Origin: Mucisphaera calidilacus
GTDB taxonomy: Bacteria; Planctomycetota; Phycisphaerae; Phycisphaerales; Phycisphaeraceae
Assembly: GCF_007748075.1 (NCBI RefSeq)
Contig: NZ_CP036280.1
Span: forward strand, 1,710,001 to 1,742,000
Reading direction: 5' to 3'
Length of the DNA stretch: 32,000 nt
Shown: positions 16,182 through 25,707 of the stretch, in pieces
Numbering within the stretch: position 1 is the first letter of the stretch
Layout of the letters: the number at the start of each line of letters is the position of its first letter
Position numbers and translations under genes: made by a program
Notes under the pieces: model-generated
The model's input: only the letters and a program-made list of their open reading frames with translations
Told to the model about the DNA's origin: nothing
Database searches by the model: none

Positions 16182-19115
16182 TCACTCGAGGGTGATCAGA
16201 GCCGATCCGTTCAGCCGCGTGCCCTCGTTGAGAATGATGCGCGGCGCGGCGTAGATGCGGTTTCCCTGCAGGAAGCGTTCGTGTCCGCCGGCGTACTGGT
16301 CCACGATGGTCAGGTGCACACGGCCGCTGTCGGGATGGAGGTAGGCGCGGGCGTGCTGGTCGCCATCGGCGTAGAGGTTCATGGACGCGGAGGCTGTTTC
16401 GTTGCGCAGCGCGACGTGCCTTATGTTCAGCCTCGTTGATCGGAAGTCGCGGGTCCCGAATTCGTTGGATTCGAGGTACCAGGGCAGCCGGTCGTACGAG
16501 CCTGTGTACCCCGGCAACCGCGTGTGAAGCGCAGGGGCCTCGCCAACCGGGCGTGCGATGTGATCGCTGGGGTAGGAGGTCCAGTGTGCGTTACGGTCCC
16601 AACGCAGGGTGTTCATCGCGGGGCTGAGCGCGAAGGTGATGCCGATCTCGCGCATCTCCTGGCTGTCCGGCGGCGTGTGGTACGGGCGCTTCGCCGGCTC
16701 ATTCGCCAGGAGCCATGTGAAGTCGTAGTTCACTTCGAGCTGGCCATCGGGCTTGAAGGTGTATTGGTAACTGCCCTGCGCCTCGTCGTAGCGACCTGTG
16801 ACGTGGAAGGTCAGGGCGCCGTCGTTCTTTTCGTGCCGGACCGATTCGAGCCGCCAGTTGGTGGCCGTGTGTGAGCCGCGGGTGTGCTGCCGGGTCGCTG
16901 TCAGGAAGGGGCCGGCCTCGAGCACGTGGACGCCGTGGATCTCACCCGAGGTCAGCAGCCCCGTCTCGCGGCTCAGCCTCCAGAGGCTGTCGCCGACACT
17001 GATGACGATCTCGCCCTCGTGTTCGTGGTGGCTGACTTCGGAAGCGCGCACCGGAGGCAGGATGTCGGGCCTGATGCCGACTGCGTAACGATCCACCAGA
17101 CGCCCCTGGCGGGAGATCACATCGAGTTCGAAGCGATCGCCGCTTCTCATCGGCGACGCCAGCGCGACCTGCACGACGCCTCGTTCCATCGGCTCGATCG
17201 CGGGGATCGCGTCGTCCGGCAGGGCCATCTCCTCCCCGCGGTAGCGTGCCTGCCATCGGTAGTCCCGTGTCGGCGTGAAGCGTGAATAGTTCTTCAGGGT
17301 GAAGGCAACCGATTGCCCGTCGTTGCTGACCTCGGCCTTCACAAGGCGCAGCGGAGAGTTGGCTTTCTTGACATTCCAGAACTCGGGCTTTGCCCTGCGG
17401 TAGCGGTCAAGGATCCCCCAGTCGCGAACGATCCCGCCCCAGGCGTTCTTCATGCGGATCGTGAACGAAACGCCGTAGAACAGGTGACCGCCCAGGACTT
17501 TCTCGGTGCGGTGCATGTAGTCGATGTGCTGCTGGTAGGCGTGGATCCAGAAGTCGTGCACGGTCGGGTCTGTTCGAAAGTCACCCTTGGCGTATTCGTG
17601 GATATGGGCCCATTCGCCGTAGAAGATCGGCCGCTTGTCGGGCATCCCCTTGTCCACGAAGTTGGGGTAGTGGTAGTTATCGACGTTGGTCTGCGGGAGG
17701 TTCTTGCCCATCTTCTCGTCCTCGTGGGCTTCTGCCCAGACGATGCGATGCGGGTCGAGTTCCTGGAGCATGAAGCCGCCATCGACGAACGCGGGGAGTG
17801 TAAAGAGCGATTCGTTGCCAAGGTTCCATGCGATGACCGAGGGGTGGTTGCGGAAGACCTCCACCAGTTGTCTGAGCATGCGTTGATAGTCGTCGTAGAA
17901 CGTCTCGTTCTTCCCCAGGCCGTGGGTGTGGGGCATCCAGGACATCTCGACGCCGCCGATCGTCGTCTCGATGGCCGTCATCAGGCCGATCTCGTCGCAG
18001 ATCTCGATAAGGTCGGGAAAGGGTGCGGCCCGGATCATGGTGAAGTTGGCATACTTCATCAGTTCCATGTCACGCCTGAGTTCTTCGCGGGTGACCGCGT
18101 GGAGATTCTGATAGCTCGGCACGTGGTGATAGCCCACCGACAGGATCTTGAGCACCTCGCCGTTGAGCAAGACGTGATCCTCCGTGATCTCGATCTCACG
18201 GAAACCCACACGGTTCGACGTCGTGTGGGAGGGTTCTTCACCTGTGCTCAGACGCGTTGTGAGCGTGTAGAGCGTCGGCGTCTCTGGTGTCCAGCGATCG
18301 GGCTTCTTCACGACACGCGAGAGTGCGCGTACCGCCGATTCGCCGGCGGCGACAGCCGGTACTTCAACAACAGGTTCGTCAAGTTCAACCTCGCGTCCAT
18401 CGGCGTCGGCGAGTTGGAGTTCGATGCGGCCCGGAGGGGTGGCGTCCTCGCCACGGTTCGCGACGACAAGCTTCAACTGAAGCTCGGCGTCGGTGTAGGT
18501 GGCGTCGAGGTCGGTATTGAGGTGCAGTGAAGCGATGTGCTGTCTGGGCACAGCAATCAGTTCCGGTTCGAAACCGATGCCCAGGAATCCGCGGCCCGAG
18601 AGGATGATCGTGGGGTTCTTCGAGACGTGGACGGCGACGTCGTTCTGTTCGCCGGGGCGTATCTGTTCGGTCACGTCCAACTCGAACGGGATCCAGGGTC
18701 CCGCGAAGCGACCTGCGTGCTGTCCGTTCACGTACACATTCGCCTGCCCCTCGACCGAACGAAAACGCAGCTTGATGACCCGATCGCTCCATGCCTCGGG
18801 CACGTAGACCGTCCTGTGAAAGCCTGTCGTCTCGAGTTCTCCACGCACGAGGTCGGGGTAGGTGGTCTCGATTTCGCTGGGCACGGGGATAGTGAGTCCG
18901 GGCTTGTCGGGGCCGTGCGGGTCACGGTAGAAGTCATCTGATGCGTTGGGGTAGAACCGCCAGACACCCGACAGTGAGATCGTGGGTGTCTGGGTATCCA
19001 CCGGGGTGAAGGCGGCTTGCTGCCCCCGGCTGATGGACGTGATGAGCAGCAGAATCATCACCAGAGCCATGACTGTCCGCGGGTGTGATGATTGAAGTGG
19101 CGGGGTCGGGGTCAT
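16182..19115 (-). CDS. Secreted GH2 beta-galactosidase-like glycosidase
   Basis: N-terminal hydrophobic leader MALVMILLLITSISRG. LacZ-like catalytic motifs WNLGNES (acid/base) and FYGEWAH (nucleophile). FREIEI...LLNGE domain junction. The start is 15 nt after the sulfatase stop. Confidence 0.9.
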   Translation of the reverse strand: MTPTPPLQSSHPRTVMALVMILLLITSISRGQQAAFTPVDTQTPTISLSGVWRFYPNASDDFYRDPHGPDKPGLTIPVPSEIETTYPDLVRGELETTGFHRTVYVPEAWSDRVIKLRFRSVEGQANVYVNGQHAGRFAGPWIPFELDVTEQIRPGEQNDVAVHVSKNPTIILSGRGFLGIGFEPELIAVPRQHIASLHLNTDLDATYTDAELQLKLVVANRGEDATPPGRIELQLADADGREVELDEPVVEVPAVAAGESAVRALSRVVKKPDRWTPETPTLYTLTTRLSTGEEPSHTTSNRVGFREIEITEDHVLLNGEVLKILSVGYHHVPSYQNLHAVTREELRRDMELMKYANFTMIRAAPFPDLIEICDEIGLMTAIETTIGGVEMSWMPHTHGLGKNETFYDDYQRMLRQLVEVFRNHPSVIAWNLGNESLFTLPAFVDGGFMLQELDPHRIVWAEAHEDEKMGKNLPQTNVDNYHYPNFVDKGMPDKRPIFYGEWAHIHEYAKGDFRTDPTVHDFWIHAYQQHIDYMHRTEKVLGGHLFYGVSFTIRMKNAWGGIVRDWGILDRYRRAKPEFWNVKKANSPLRLVKAEVSNDGQSVAFTLKNYSRFTPTRDYRWQARYRGEEMALPDDAIPAIEPMERGVVQVALASPMRSGDRFELDVISRQGRLVDRYAVGIRPDILPPVRASEVSHHEHEGEIVISVGDSLWRLSRETGLLTSGEIHGVHVLEAGPFLTATRQHTRGSHTATNWRLESVRHEKNDGALTFHVTGRYDEAQGSYQYTFKPDGQLEVNYDFTWLLANEPAKRPYHTPPDSQEMREIGITFALSPAMNTLRWDRNAHWTSYPSDHIARPVGEAPALHTRLPGYTGSYDRLPWYLESNEFGTRDFRSTRLNIRHVALRNETASASMNLYADGDQHARAYLHPDSGRVHLTIVDQYAGGHERFLQGNRIYAAPRIILNEGTRLNGSALITLE

Positions 19116-19130
19116 AGAGCGTGTCCTGAG

Positions 19131-20720
19131 TCAGGTGGAGATCGGCGTTGATTCGGGCGGCTCTGGCAGCCGTTCTTCGGGTCCTGTTGTCGGGCGAGCC
19201 GAGAGCAGGCGGATCGCGGCGCCGTCGGAGACCGTCACGTTGCGTGCGTAGCCCGCCTCGAGACGATCGACGGTCGGTTGAAGCCTGGCGCTGTCCTGGA
19301 AGAGCAGTGCCTCGTCGGCGTTGAGTTGCAGGTGCCTGGGCGGGTACTCGCGCCAGTCGCCATGCGACACGGCGAGGGTGTCGTGGTCGCGTGTGTGTCG
19401 ATCGATGAGCGATTGCTGTAGCGAGCGCACGCGTGCACGGCTTGCGGGATCACCGATGGCGTTCCTTGATTCACGCGGGTCGTGCTCGTGGTCGAGGTAG
19501 TAGGCCTTGTTGTCCGCCGCCGAGTAGATGTACTTGTCGCGTTCCGTAACGGCCATGTAGAGGGCGTACTCGCCCCTCTGAAACTGTCCGTAGACGACGT
19601 CGCGCTGGCAGCGATCCGCCGCCAGGTCGATCAGGCTCTCCCCTTCGGGTGACGGCTTGTGGTCACGGAGGCCCGCGGCATCAAAGGCGGTCGGCGCGAT
19701 ATCGAGCAGCGTGGCCGGACGGTCCACCACTTCACCTGGCGGTAGCCGCTGGGGCCAACGCGCGATCAGGGGCACGCGTGCCGAGGCGTCGAGCATGCTG
19801 CGTTTGCCGTAGCAACCGTAGTCCCCCAGCAACTCGCCATGATCCGAGCAGAAGAGGATCAGCGTGTCGTCGAGGTCATCGCCGAGTGCCTCGAGCAACC
19901 TGCCGACCTGCTGGTCGATAAAGCTGATGCAGCCGTAGTAGGCCGCTCGGCGCATGCGTGCGAGATAATGATCATCGCCGCCATCGGTGTACTTGTAGCG
20001 GTTCTGTACCTGATTCCAGTACGACCAGAGTTCTCTGCTCTCCTCGGGCACGAAGGGCAGCGGCATCTCGGGGACGCGATAGAGCCGGCTCCAGGGCTCG
20101 GGGCTCTCAAAAGGTGGGTGAGGCTTGATGAAGCTCGTCATCAGAAAGAAGGGCCGATCCCGATCGCGTTCGGCCAGGAAGTCGAGGCTGCGGTCGACGA
20201 CCCAGGCCGTGTGATGGTGCCGCGTCGGCAACTGCGATGGCTGGGGCAGGTAGTAGAACTCGCTGCGCAGGCCATGCGGCTCCAGGACGTGGCCGTAACC
20301 AGCGGCCGCAACGTGTCCGCGGAAATCATCGTTGTCCCCGGCCTGCTCCTCTTCTTCCGATACATCACGCGAATCGAAGCCCCACGATCTCAGGGGATCG
20401 GGTGAGAAGTGCATCTTCCCGGCACCGTGAGTCTGATAGCCGGCATCGGCGAGGTGGTTCACGAAGCTCGCGGTCTGCTGCGGCTGCGGCATGTTGTCGA
20501 CACAACCACTCACGTGCGGAGCGACGCCGGTCAGCAGCGCACACCTGGCGGCTACGCAGACCGGGCAGGGCGTGTAGGCCTTGCGAAAGGCGACGCCTTC
20601 GTCGCAGAGCCGATCCAGGTTGGGCGTGCGGATCATGGCGTTGCCCAGAGCACCGATCGTGTCGTGGCGCTGCTGGTCGGTCATGATGAGAAGGATGTTG
20701 GGGGCGTGCGGATCCGGCAA
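19131..20720 (-). CDS. Formylglycine-dependent sulfatase, no signal peptide
   Basis: NILLIMTDQQRHD metal site, formylglycine motif PVCVAARCALLTG (C-x-A-x-R variant) and CSDHGE. The start codon is TTG (reverse complement of 20718..20720) with AGGA upstream. The first ATG would delete the conserved N-terminal strand. Confidence 0.9.
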   Translation of the reverse strand: MPDPHAPNILLIMTDQQRHDTIGALGNAMIRTPNLDRLCDEGVAFRKAYTPCPVCVAARCALLTGVAPHVSGCVDNMPQPQQTASFVNHLADAGYQTHGAGKMHFSPDPLRSWGFDSRDVSEEEEQAGDNDDFRGHVAAAGYGHVLEPHGLRSEFYYLPQPSQLPTRHHHTAWVVDRSLDFLAERDRDRPFFLMTSFIKPHPPFESPEPWSRLYRVPEMPLPFVPEESRELWSYWNQVQNRYKYTDGGDDHYLARMRRAAYYGCISFIDQQVGRLLEALGDDLDDTLILFCSDHGELLGDYGCYGKRSMLDASARVPLIARWPQRLPPGEVVDRPATLLDIAPTAFDAAGLRDHKPSPEGESLIDLAADRCQRDVVYGQFQRGEYALYMAVTERDKYIYSAADNKAYYLDHEHDPRESRNAIGDPASRARVRSLQQSLIDRHTRDHDTLAVSHGDWREYPPRHLQLNADEALLFQDSARLQPTVDRLEAGYARNVTVSDGAAIRLLSARPTTGPEERLPEPPESTPIST

Positions 20721-20858
20721 CTTGTGATTCCTGAGATGCGCGTCAAGAGATTACGAAATGTCAGTCATACCACTGCTTGGTGCGGCCTCCAAGCCGTTTG
20801 TGTCCGATGTGCCGCAGAGTGACGTTACATATCACACGATGGCAGTTTATGGAATCGA

Positions 20859-21782
20859 TCACAATTCGGTGGAGCGTTCGCGATAGTCGGAGGGTGTGAC
20901 GCCGGTGATCTGGCGGAAGACGCGATAGAAGGTCCGTGGCGTGAATCCGAGCGTGCGGATGATCGTCTTGATTGGCGTGCTGGTGTGTCGGAGCAGTCGC
21001 CCCGCCTCGCGTACCTTCATCTCCAGCATGTACTGGTGTGGCGGCATGCCGTACTCCTGCGTGAAGATGCGCGTCAGGTGTTCGCGCGACAGTCCGTGGA
21101 TCTCCGAGAGCTCATCGACCGAGTAGATCCGCTCGGGGTTATCGACGATCGTGCGTTCGACCGCCTGAGCGACGCGCAGCCTGCTGGTCGTCACCGTGTC
21201 GCGTTCGGCGTTTCTCACCAGTGCCGCCAGCACGTCGTTCACCAGATTCATGCCCTCCGAAGCACTCATCTCGATCGAGTGGGCCGGCTGATTGCACAGC
21301 GCCTGCATGCGTCGCATGAGCGGTGATTCAAGGGAGAACTCGCCCACGTAGCCGTAGCGGCTGATGAAGCCGCGCACCGTGGAGATCGCCGCGTCACCTC
21401 GAAAGATGAGACCGAGAAACGACCACTCGCCCCTGTGTGTCGGGTCGAAGCCGTCGTTGGCACCGGTATCGCCAACGGTGCGGAGCGTTGCCTGTCCGGT
21501 GACGAGACGCCGCTGCTTCTGGTCGGCGTATCGGATCAGGCCGCCATCCGAGAGACAGATCTTCAAGACCGCGTACCCGGGCATCGGCCGATGCTTCTCC
21601 GAGCGGTAATCCTCGTGGAAGGCGACGCCACGACCGATGTAGAAGGGCGTGGCCAGCGCGGGGATCTGTCCCGCGATGCGGAACCAGGCAAAGCCCAGCA
21701 TCCGGAACGGGGCATCGGGAGAGAACTCGTCGGTGCGGCCGGAGAGAGACGCTGGCGTGGGATGGGTCGGGAGTGAGGTCAT
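20859..21782 (-). CDS. AraC/XylS-family transcriptional regulator
   Basis: C-terminal double HTH: YSVDELSEIHGLSREHLTRIFTQEYGMPPHQYMLEMKVREAGRLL...IIRTLGFTPRTFYRVFRQITGVTPSDYR. Confidence 0.9.
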   Translation of the reverse strand: MTSLPTHPTPASLSGRTDEFSPDAPFRMLGFAWFRIAGQIPALATPFYIGRGVAFHEDYRSEKHRPMPGYAVLKICLSDGGLIRYADQKQRRLVTGQATLRTVGDTGANDGFDPTHRGEWSFLGLIFRGDAAISTVRGFISRYGYVGEFSLESPLMRRMQALCNQPAHSIEMSASEGMNLVNDVLAALVRNAERDTVTTSRLRVAQAVERTIVDNPERIYSVDELSEIHGLSREHLTRIFTQEYGMPPHQYMLEMKVREAGRLLRHTSTPIKTIIRTLGFTPRTFYRVFRQITGVTPSDYRERSTEL

Positions 21783-22202
21783 GGATCGTCAGAGTCTATT
21801 TCGGCTGATACCGGCATCTACATCTCACAGAATGGCGTCTGTAGCCTCAGAAGCCAACCCGTTGCCCTGGCGAGCCGGATCGTTCAAGCGGGTCGTGCAA
21901 TCAGCCGCTGGACGCCAGCGAGACGGGTGAGAGAGTACAGACGCCCGAATTTCGCTGTTTTATCATCACATTATGGCACTGTTCATGACAAAATGCCTCT
22001 AGTTGTGCCTCTGGTCAGGCCTATACTGGCCTCGTGAGTATCAGGAATCGACTCAAAGCAGACCAAAGGCACTCAGGCAGGATGGGCGATGACCACGCCT
22101 GCGAATCTCGAGCCGATCCAACCACGTCAGACTCAACTGGACGCCTCGTTGGCATCCGGCCCCGTGTTTCACGACGCATCACAACGGAAGAGGAGATCCT
22201 TC

Positions 22203-23225
22203 ATGAATCGCATCAACACACTCGCCGCAACCGCGCTGGCTCTGGCCGCCTCGCCCGCACTCGGGCAGGTTGTGCTCTCCGACAGCTTCGACCGAACGAC
22301 GGGTCTTAACGAGGCTCCGATCGACGGGGGTTTCTCCGACTGGGGTTCGCCCGACAACGCGCTCGGCGGTTCGGCCGCTGGCGACTACCTGCTTGTCAGC
22401 GACCTCGCCAACGCCGCGATGGAGGTCACGGACGGCGACAACGCCATCCTCAACTTCGGCCGCGTCATCCTTGATTACAACATCGCGACCGATGCGGACG
22501 TCCTCGGCATGGGTGCGGTCGAGATCAAGGTTGACTTCAACCCGGGCAACACGGGCGGCCCCTCTTTTAACGGGCGCGACTGGCTGGGCGTCTTCCTGGG
22601 CGACTCGAACCAGCTCAACGGCAGCATCGGTGCCCAGTTTGCTCTCACCGGTGGCAACCCCGACGCACGCGTCGGCGCCGGCCCGCGCAATTCGGGTTCA
22701 ACGATTGCACGGCTGGGCCCCGCCAACATCCGTGCCGCGGGCAACCCCTCCGCGGGCAACTTCAATGAGCCTGCCTACGACCCGTCCGCGCTCGACGACT
22801 ACATCGCCTGGCAGGCCGGCGGAGACGGCACGGCCCCCGGCGACCCCGTTGAGGAATTCCCCAACGACCGCTGGTATACGCTCAAGCTGCTTGTGACCTC
22901 AGCGCCGGGCTTCACGCTCTTCGAAGCCAACGCGCCGCATCTTGCTCAGCTGCACATCGGCCCGCAGGGCGGCACGCTCGATCGCGTGGACTTCATCCCG
23001 CAGACGCCTGAGATCGAAGAACAGTTCAGCTGGGGCGACAACAACACCCTGACCGCATCCGGCGGCACCGACACAACACCCGGTGTGAATGACGCCTACC
23101 TCGTCTTCGTGTCTAACGGTGCGGACCATCGTTTCGACAACCTCACGATCTCGGCGGTGCCCGAGCCGGCCGGGATGGCGGTCCTGGGCCTCGGCGCGGC
23201 GGCACTGCTCCGGCGACGAGCCTGA
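22203..23225 (+). CDS. Secreted PEP-CTERM-anchored protein, lectin-like beta-sandwich (paralogue family member 1)
   Basis: I prefer the ATG at 22203 (GAGGAG 7 nt upstream), giving the signal peptide MNRINTLAATALALAASPALGQ. C-terminal VPEPAGMAVLGLGAAALLRRRA. Paralogous to 24244..25203 and 30431..31252. Confidence 0.85.
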   Translation: MNRINTLAATALALAASPALGQVVLSDSFDRTTGLNEAPIDGGFSDWGSPDNALGGSAAGDYLLVSDLANAAMEVTDGDNAILNFGRVILDYNIATDADVLGMGAVEIKVDFNPGNTGGPSFNGRDWLGVFLGDSNQLNGSIGAQFALTGGNPDARVGAGPRNSGSTIARLGPANIRAAGNPSAGNFNEPAYDPSALDDYIAWQAGGDGTAPGDPVEEFPNDRWYTLKLLVTSAPGFTLFEANAPHLAQLHIGPQGGTLDRVDFIPQTPEIEEQFSWGDNNTLTASGGTDTTPGVNDAYLVFVSNGADHRFDNLTISAVPEPAGMAVLGLGAAALLRRRA

Positions 23226-23238
23226 CCTTATTCGTCGC

Positions 23239-23268
23239 ATCTCGTCCCTGTTGACGCGGGGACGAGAT
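23239..23268 (+). terminator. 10-bp perfect stem-loop just after the first PEP-CTERM gene (terminator or attenuator without a U-tract)
   Basis: ATCTCGTCCC (23239..23248) pairs with GGGACGAGAT (23259..23268) around a 10-nt loop. It starts 14 nt after the stop at 23225 and is followed by CTTCAACCC. Confidence 0.45.
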
Positions 23269-23336
23269 CTTCAACCCGTGGCACGCAGCCCGGGAACCGA
23301 ACACGGCGTACACCGCCCCAACGCATGGAGGCCTCG

Positions 23337-24188
<852 letters not shown>

Positions 24189-24243
24189 CCCTGTACGTCA
24201 CAGCGAGACCAACGCCAAACCACGGAAGAGCTAGGAGAACACG

Positions 24244-25605
24244 ATGAGCCTGCAGACCCTGAACCTGACCACGACCGCCGCACTGGCCCTGACCCTCGCG
24301 GCAACCCACGCCGTGTCGTCACAGACCCTGATCACCGATACGTTTGAACGCGAGACGGGATTGATCAACGGCGAGTTGCCGCCCTTCAATCTCTCCGACT
24401 GGGGCACGGCGGACAACGGGGTGGTTGACGGCAAGACCGGTTCCATCCTCGACGCCGATTACATCACCACGCTCGCGGGCAACGGCAACGAGCAGACCGT
24501 CGGCCTGACGACCGATCCACCCGACAGCCAGTACGGCGAGATCCGTTTCGGGCGCGTGATCCTCGACGTCAATCTTGCCACGGTCCCTGAGATCCAGCAG
24601 GCCGGCGGCTTCGCCATCGAGTTCGACATCAACCCCGCCGACCTCGGTTCCAACGGCGGCAACGGGCGCGACTGGGGCGGCTTCATCCTTGCAGACACCA
24701 ACAGCACAACGATCATCGGCGGTGCGCTCGCGATCGCGAAGACCAACAACCAGAGTGTTCGTTTCGGTGCGGCGCCGCGCAATTCCGGGACGGTGCTCCT
24801 GCGACCGCGGCAGAACCTGCTGTTAGGGGACGGCAACCCCTTCGACGGCTCCATCAACGAGCCGATCATCGATCAGACGGTCTTCGATGACTACAGCAGT
24901 AACTGGGACCCCCAGGCCGACCCGATCGAGGATTTCTTAAACCCGAAGTTCTATCGCCTCCGCGCCGAGATCACCTCGGACTTCTCCGAGGGTGCACCGA
25001 GCAGCGCCAGGCTTTACATCGGCGAGACTGGACAACCCCTGACGCAGATCGATCTTGACGGCAACGCCGGCAACGGCGTCTCGGACTCCGATTTCTCGTG
25101 GGGCGTGGGCGGCTCCGCTTACATCGCCTTCCTGGGAAACACCCAGACCCACCTCTTCGACAATCTGCTCATCGAGGCCCTCGCCAGTGACCCCGGATTA
25201 CCCGGTGACTTCAACAACGACGGCGTCGTCGACGCGCTCGATATCGACCTGCTCACGGGCGCGGTGCGCGACAGCTCATCGGAGCCGCAATACGACCTGG
25301 ACGAGAACGGCACGGTCGACGCGGCTGACCTCGACGCGATGATCACGGACGTGATCGGCACGCTTTTTGGCGACGCGAACCTCGATCAGACCGTCGACCT
25401 GCTCGACCTCTCGGCGCTCGCCTCGAACTTCGAAGGGACCGCGGGTTGGGCGGGCGGAAACTTCAACACCGACACGTCCGTCGACCTGCTTGACCTCTCG
25501 ACGCTGGCCAGCAACTTCAACCAGTCAGCGCCAACCGTCCCCGAGCCGACCGGGCTGATCCTGATGGGCATCGGCGCGTCGCTCGCCGCCCGTCGGCGCC
25601 AATGA
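24244..25605 (+). CDS. Secreted lectin-like protein (paralogue family member 2) fused to a double dockerin cassette and a PEP-CTERM anchor
   Basis: AGGAG lies 6 nt upstream. Signal peptide MSLQTLNLTTTAALALTLAATHA. The N-terminal domain aligns with 22203..23225 (TDTFERETG...LSDWG...IRFGRVILD...NGRDWGGF...GAAPRNSG...FSWG...LFDNLLIEA). The cassette starts at 25204 (GDFNNDGVVD...) and ends VPEPTGLILMGIGASLAARRRQ. Confidence 0.85.
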   Translation: MSLQTLNLTTTAALALTLAATHAVSSQTLITDTFERETGLINGELPPFNLSDWGTADNGVVDGKTGSILDADYITTLAGNGNEQTVGLTTDPPDSQYGEIRFGRVILDVNLATVPEIQQAGGFAIEFDINPADLGSNGGNGRDWGGFILADTNSTTIIGGALAIAKTNNQSVRFGAAPRNSGTVLLRPRQNLLLGDGNPFDGSINEPIIDQTVFDDYSSNWDPQADPIEDFLNPKFYRLRAEITSDFSEGAPSSARLYIGETGQPLTQIDLDGNAGNGVSDSDFSWGVGGSAYIAFLGNTQTHLFDNLLIEALASDPGLPGDFNNDGVVDALDIDLLTGAVRDSSSEPQYDLDENGTVDAADLDAMITDVIGTLFGDANLDQTVDLLDLSALASNFEGTAGWAGGNFNTDTSVDLLDLSTLASNFNQSAPTVPEPTGLILMGIGASLAARRRQ

Positions 25606-25617
25606 TCGTGACCCTGA

Positions 25618-25645
25618 CCCCGCCCCGACCCGTCGTGAGGCGGGG
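25618..25645 (+). terminator. G+C-rich stem-loop after the dockerin/PEP-CTERM gene
   Basis: CCCCGCC (25618..25624) pairs with GGCGGGG (25639..25645) around a 14-nt loop. It starts 13 nt after the stop at 25605. No clear U-tract follows. Confidence 0.3.
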
Positions 25646-25707
25646 CCGGGGGGCTTCCCTTGATTCCGGGATCGCACAGCCCACACAGACGGGATGAGTG
25701 TATTGCC

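Noticed and set aside
22089-22202. A 38-codon in-frame N-terminal extension of the first PEP-CTERM gene (and the overlapping ORF 22034..22309).
   Set aside because: The extension is hydrophilic and would bury the obvious signal peptide. The internal ATG at 22203 has a strong GAGGAG at ideal spacing.
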